A stretch of DNA of 64,000 nucleotides from Promethearchaeota archaeon. GTDB taxonomy: Archaea; Asgardarchaeota; Lokiarchaeia; Sigyniarchaeales; SOKP01. Positions 60,293-64,000 of this stretch are shown piece after piece (positions within the stretch are counted from its first letter, which is position 1; every line of letters starts with the position of its first letter). The notes beneath the pieces were generated by a model. That model saw nothing but the letters and a program-made list of their open reading frames with translations, was not told the DNA's origin and ran no database searches. The position numbers and the translations under genes were made by a program. Location: positions 406,289 to 470,288 of the forward strand of contig JAHPZJ010000013.1 of NCBI GenBank assembly GCA_019058245.1, written 5' to 3'.

Positions 60293-61231
60293 TTATCTTC
60301 TCATCATACGTGGATTTCTAAACAAATCTAATTCTTGTTTTGGCATTTTATATTCTGTTGTTGCTGACTTTTTCATCTTCTTATAATATCTCTTTACTAA
60401 TTTTTCAGCGTCCCTCATGAAATTGCAAATACATCCAAATAATATCATATATAGTACAAAACTCTTATCTTTTGCGTATTCATCATACAAAATCTGAATT
60501 TCAAAATTTTTTTGCACTCTTTGACCGTCTACTCGTGCCACCTTTTGATCTCCTATATACATCCAATAATTTCTTCCAGGACCTACTACCCCTCTAGCTG
60601 TAACTATCTGTAATTTATCATCTTTTTGTTCTGGTAGAAGCGGGAAAGTCCAACGCGTTCCCATTAATCTCCAACCTCTTACTACTCGAGCTAAATGAGT
60701 CATTCTTGGATTTTGCATGAAAAATACAGGAGCAGGATGTTTTATTTCATAACTTTGGATTAATGAGTGGGAAACACTCAATTCAAAACCACCTTTAAAA
60801 GTACCCCCTTTAGGTTGTGCATCCATCGATTCTTCCATTATAGTAAAAATACGACATGTCAATTTCTTTTCCTCCAGTGGTTTTTCTTCCCATTGATCTT
60901 TACTAAATGCAATAATATACTTTTTCTCTCCATCTTCTTCAACTACACCTTCAATATCGAAATTTTTACTGAACCAGCGTGTTTTTGCCTGATATTTGAG
61001 TTGTTGATGAACACCCAACTCTTCATCATGTAATCGAGTTCTCCAAAAATTAACTTTTAGCTTTTTATACACTGCTTTTTTTGGTGGAACTGGTGTTTCT
61101 GGGGTAGCTGGCTTTTTGGATGGTTTAGAAACTTTCTTTTTTGCTGGTTTTACTCTTGATGTTGCTCTAGGTTTTTTTGCCGCTTTCTCAGCAGTTTTTT
61201 CGATTTCTTCAACAGGATCCTCTTCTGACAT
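60293..61231 (-). CDS. Hypothetical protein, possibly Tubby/LURP-one-like fold, with Lys/Pro-rich N-terminus
   Basis: Beta-rich body ending YWMYIGDQKVARVD...FEIQI followed by the hydrophobic helix FVLYMILFG. Confidence 0.55.
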   Translation of the reverse strand: MSEEDPVEEIEKTAEKAAKKPRATSRVKPAKKKVSKPSKKPATPETPVPPKKAVYKKLKVNFWRTRLHDEELGVHQQLKYQAKTRWFSKNFDIEGVVEEDGEKKYIIAFSKDQWEEKPLEEKKLTCRIFTIMEESMDAQPKGGTFKGGFELSVSHSLIQSYEIKHPAPVFFMQNPRMTHLARVVRGWRLMGTRWTFPLLPEQKDDKLQIVTARGVVGPGRNYWMYIGDQKVARVDGQRVQKNFEIQILYDEYAKDKSFVLYMILFGCICNFMRDAEKLVKRYYKKMKKSATTEYKMPKQELDLFRNPRMMRR

Positions 61232-61442
61232 TTAAAAAATCACATCTGTAAATTATTTTTTAAAATATTTTTTTGTTAAATTTATTTTCATTTGGATTAT
61301 TAATATTTTTTTCCGTTAAACTATTTTTTTATAACATCATATAAAATTTCTTATTTAAAAGATTATTGAATATGAATTGGAATATTAAACAATAAAAAAA
61401 GATTAAATAGATAAAAATATTTCAAAAAATTTGTTATAGATA

Positions 61443-63689
61443 TTAAAATCGTATTTCACAGCGATCGCTGTCACAGAATTTTTCTCCTATAGCTCTGTCT
61501 TTTGTTTCATCCAAATTGAATGGTTTAAGATGAGTTACCATTTCTTCATATTGTTCCTTAGTAATTTCCTCGTAAGGTGCTTGTTTATAGCCGTGCTCTT
61601 TTATAGGTAAAAAACTCACACTCTTTAGTTTATCTTCATAACATTCAAGAACGTGTTTAATTTGGTCTGCTTCTTCTTCTTTAAACGTAATTGTTATCGA
61701 CACTTGATTATCTGACCAATACCGTTGGTATGCTGCGGCATTTTCTGCTTGTTCCCAAATAGATACTTCATTTTTAGAACGATCAAAATATTTTTCATGG
61801 ATAGGAAATTCTGCTACAACTGTATTAGGAGAATATAGATCATCCTCGATTTTGTATCCCGCTTTTGTAATATGCTTAATAAGATCTGAATTATTGGAAA
61901 GGCGAATTCTTCTAATGTAATATTCTGAATGTGGATAGTGAATTCCTGGTGGTACACCTGGGAGTAAACTCACTGTACCACTTGGTTTTACTGTTGTTAT
62001 CTTTATTGAACGTGGTATGCAAAGCCAACCAGAATATTGTTCATCTAACTCTTGTAAATAGTTATAACCTCTACTACACCACTCTAACATTTTTCTTCTT
62101 CCATGTCTTACAAAAGCTTCAATAATTCCTGTTTGTGAAATCCCCATTCTTCTATTTTTTAACATTACGGCATTAGTTTCTTGCCAATGAGTATTAACTA
62201 AGGTAACCGATTTTGAATATAAATAGGCATATTTCAATGTCTCCTGAAATTCTTCATATGATTCATGTCTAGAAGGAAAAGTCTCCACAAGACAGCAGAG
62301 TTCAAAGCTTTCAAGTGTTTGCTCACCACATGGGTTAACTCCCGCTGCTTTGTTGTCCTTGAAATCTGGTGTATCTCCCATCCTTGAATATGCTTTAGCA
62401 TTTTCCAACCAAAATACTCCTGGTTCCCCATTAACCGCAATTTGATTTGCAATAAATGAATAATCCAAACCTCTAACAGCAAAAACGGAGTTATTGCTTG
62501 CCCATCTATGAGAATATAATGCTTGTTCATCTTGTTTACATAGTACAAAATCCATGTCTGTAGGATCACCTAAAGCGATTTCTGCGCTACGTCTAACATT
62601 TCCTGCCACAACACATTTACCAATATAATTCATAATATCTACAATATCAATAGAAGTAATGCTTTTGCCAATACGGGATTTTAAAATTTTTTGAATATTT
62701 TCTAGCATTTCTTCTAAAGGTTCAGGTCCAGAAGCAACTCCACCAAAACCTCTTATAGGTTTACCAGATGGCCTAATTAGACTGAAATCATATTGAGGAA
62801 CTTGTTTACCTAAGAAATAAGCTTCTAACATTAATTTTAGTGACTCAACCCATCCTTCTCTACTATCAGGAATTCGAAAATCAAAATGACCTTCTTTAGG
62901 TTGCTTAATCATTATCTTTCCAGCCCCTTTTGTATCAAATCCTACACCGACTCCAAGCATGAGAGCATCCATAACAAATTCAAATGCCTTAGAATATTTT
63001 AAATTAATATCTTCAGTGGATGCAAACCCACAGTTATTTAAAGACATTGAGCCGTGGCGTGAGATGAATTCTGTACCCATCATCCATAACCCTCGCCCTG
63101 GTGGGAGAAATTTAAAATTCCATATTTTTTTAAACATTATTTGAGCCGATTTTTGAGCTTTTTCATCACTCCAAGGTAAACTTAACTTGATACAATGTTC
63201 TTTCTGAATGGAATAACATCCTTCGATGACTCTTCTAATAGTTTCCCAAAATTCTTCTTTTCTATTCTCATTTTCAATGAGTCTTGCATAAGTTCGTTTG
63301 TAAGTAATATAACCTAAGGGTCCCCAGTCAGGTTGTTTACCCTTATAATCGTTTAAAAATTCCTCATCAAGTTTAAATGAGATATTTTCTAAATTAATGG
63401 CTCTTGCAAAGAGATTTCTATATTTATTTAATCCTCTCTGAGTTAACTCAACACAAACTAATTCTCTAATATAATTAGTAGTAATCTCATCCATTCCAAG
63501 ACCTATAATTTTTCGAATGACATCTTCAGCGACTTTTTCAGCTATATGCATATCCAGTCCAGTCTCTTTGTTTAAAATCTTAGCAATATTACTTTCATCA
63601 AATTTTTGCTTTTCTCCTTTAGAATTAATTACATACTTAGGATACAAATCTATTAACGAAAACGAGTTATTGGTCATCTTGTTCATCAA
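61443..63689 (-). CDS. nrdJ: Class II (adenosylcobalamin) ribonucleoside-triphosphate reductase with N-terminal ATP cone
   Basis: ATP-cone VINSKGEKQKFD; YKRTYAR, PPGRGLW, NNC, NPCGEQ, TTVKPSGT, C-terminal FCDSDRC. Confidence 0.93.
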   Translation of the reverse strand: MMNKMTNNSFSLIDLYPKYVINSKGEKQKFDESNIAKILNKETGLDMHIAEKVAEDVIRKIIGLGMDEITTNYIRELVCVELTQRGLNKYRNLFARAINLENISFKLDEEFLNDYKGKQPDWGPLGYITYKRTYARLIENENRKEEFWETIRRVIEGCYSIQKEHCIKLSLPWSDEKAQKSAQIMFKKIWNFKFLPPGRGLWMMGTEFISRHGSMSLNNCGFASTEDINLKYSKAFEFVMDALMLGVGVGFDTKGAGKIMIKQPKEGHFDFRIPDSREGWVESLKLMLEAYFLGKQVPQYDFSLIRPSGKPIRGFGGVASGPEPLEEMLENIQKILKSRIGKSITSIDIVDIMNYIGKCVVAGNVRRSAEIALGDPTDMDFVLCKQDEQALYSHRWASNNSVFAVRGLDYSFIANQIAVNGEPGVFWLENAKAYSRMGDTPDFKDNKAAGVNPCGEQTLESFELCCLVETFPSRHESYEEFQETLKYAYLYSKSVTLVNTHWQETNAVMLKNRRMGISQTGIIEAFVRHGRRKMLEWCSRGYNYLQELDEQYSGWLCIPRSIKITTVKPSGTVSLLPGVPPGIHYPHSEYYIRRIRLSNNSDLIKHITKAGYKIEDDLYSPNTVVAEFPIHEKYFDRSKNEVSIWEQAENAAAYQRYWSDNQVSITITFKEEEADQIKHVLECYEDKLKSVSFLPIKEHGYKQAPYEEITKEQYEEMVTHLKPFNLDETKDRAIGEKFCDSDRCEIRF

Positions 63690-64000
63690 TATTTACATTA
63701 AAAACTATTTTTATAATTTCATCGGCTAAATTAATTATTAACTATTTTATAAAGCCTTAACCGTCCTATAAACTTATGATTTCTTTTAATTTAAAATTAA
63801 TGTTGACTTTATATTAAGCTATTGATTAATCTTTTCAATGGATATTTACTTATGTTTTGATAAATCTATTGTAGATACACAAATTTGTAAATATATTTGT
63901 ATTGGTTTTGTTTAATAACTGTTTGTTAGTATTTTGTCGATATAATGTCGTTACTTATTCATTATTTAAAATAATCATTAATATTTAAAGAAAAATTCAT

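Noticed and set aside
1-64000. CRISPR arrays, tRNA/rRNA genes, transposases, inteins
   Set aside because: None recognised by eye. The only repeats seen are gene duplications and the acidic coding repeat. A tRNAscan/Infernal run would be needed to exclude RNA genes.

Overview
A very AT-rich archaeal window, most likely from an Asgard archaeon (Lokiarchaeia-like). This call is an inference from the fwd genes, hdrB, AlaX, archaeal MtaB, roadblock/longin-like domains and vWA-zinc-finger proteins. Main contents: two tandem glycyl-radical enzymes with an activase; a UDP-sugar dehydrogenase; a GlcD/GlcF-like oxidoreductase pair; two Hsp20 genes; a cytoplasmic DmsA-family molybdoenzyme whose partner is a DmsB with a GltD/NfnL-like module inserted; a methyltransferase/radical SAM/TIGR04282/TIGR04283-like cluster; 2-oxoacid:ferredoxin oxidoreductase; fwdGFDBC plus fdhD without fwdA; lpdA; an MscS/CorA cluster; hdrB; alaX; a 1338-aa receptor-like surface protein; mtaB; and class II nrdJ. 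The best candidate for an undescribed system is a tightly packed seven-gene minus-strand operon (23835-29258). It encodes a radical SAM/SPASM enzyme, three tandem membrane-anchored peptides sharing P[IV]YA[RQ]GTxYSSI, a methyltransferase-TPR protein and two paralogous membrane proteins, and looks like a RiPP-type peptide-modification system. Also notable: two genes that apparently start at AUA, a multi-hairpin intergenic ncRNA candidate with a K-turn (about 16224-16442), and an A15 tract that puts a C-terminal zinc ribbon out of frame. No tRNA, rRNA, CRISPR array or transposase was recognised. All family assignments come from motif recognition, not database searches.
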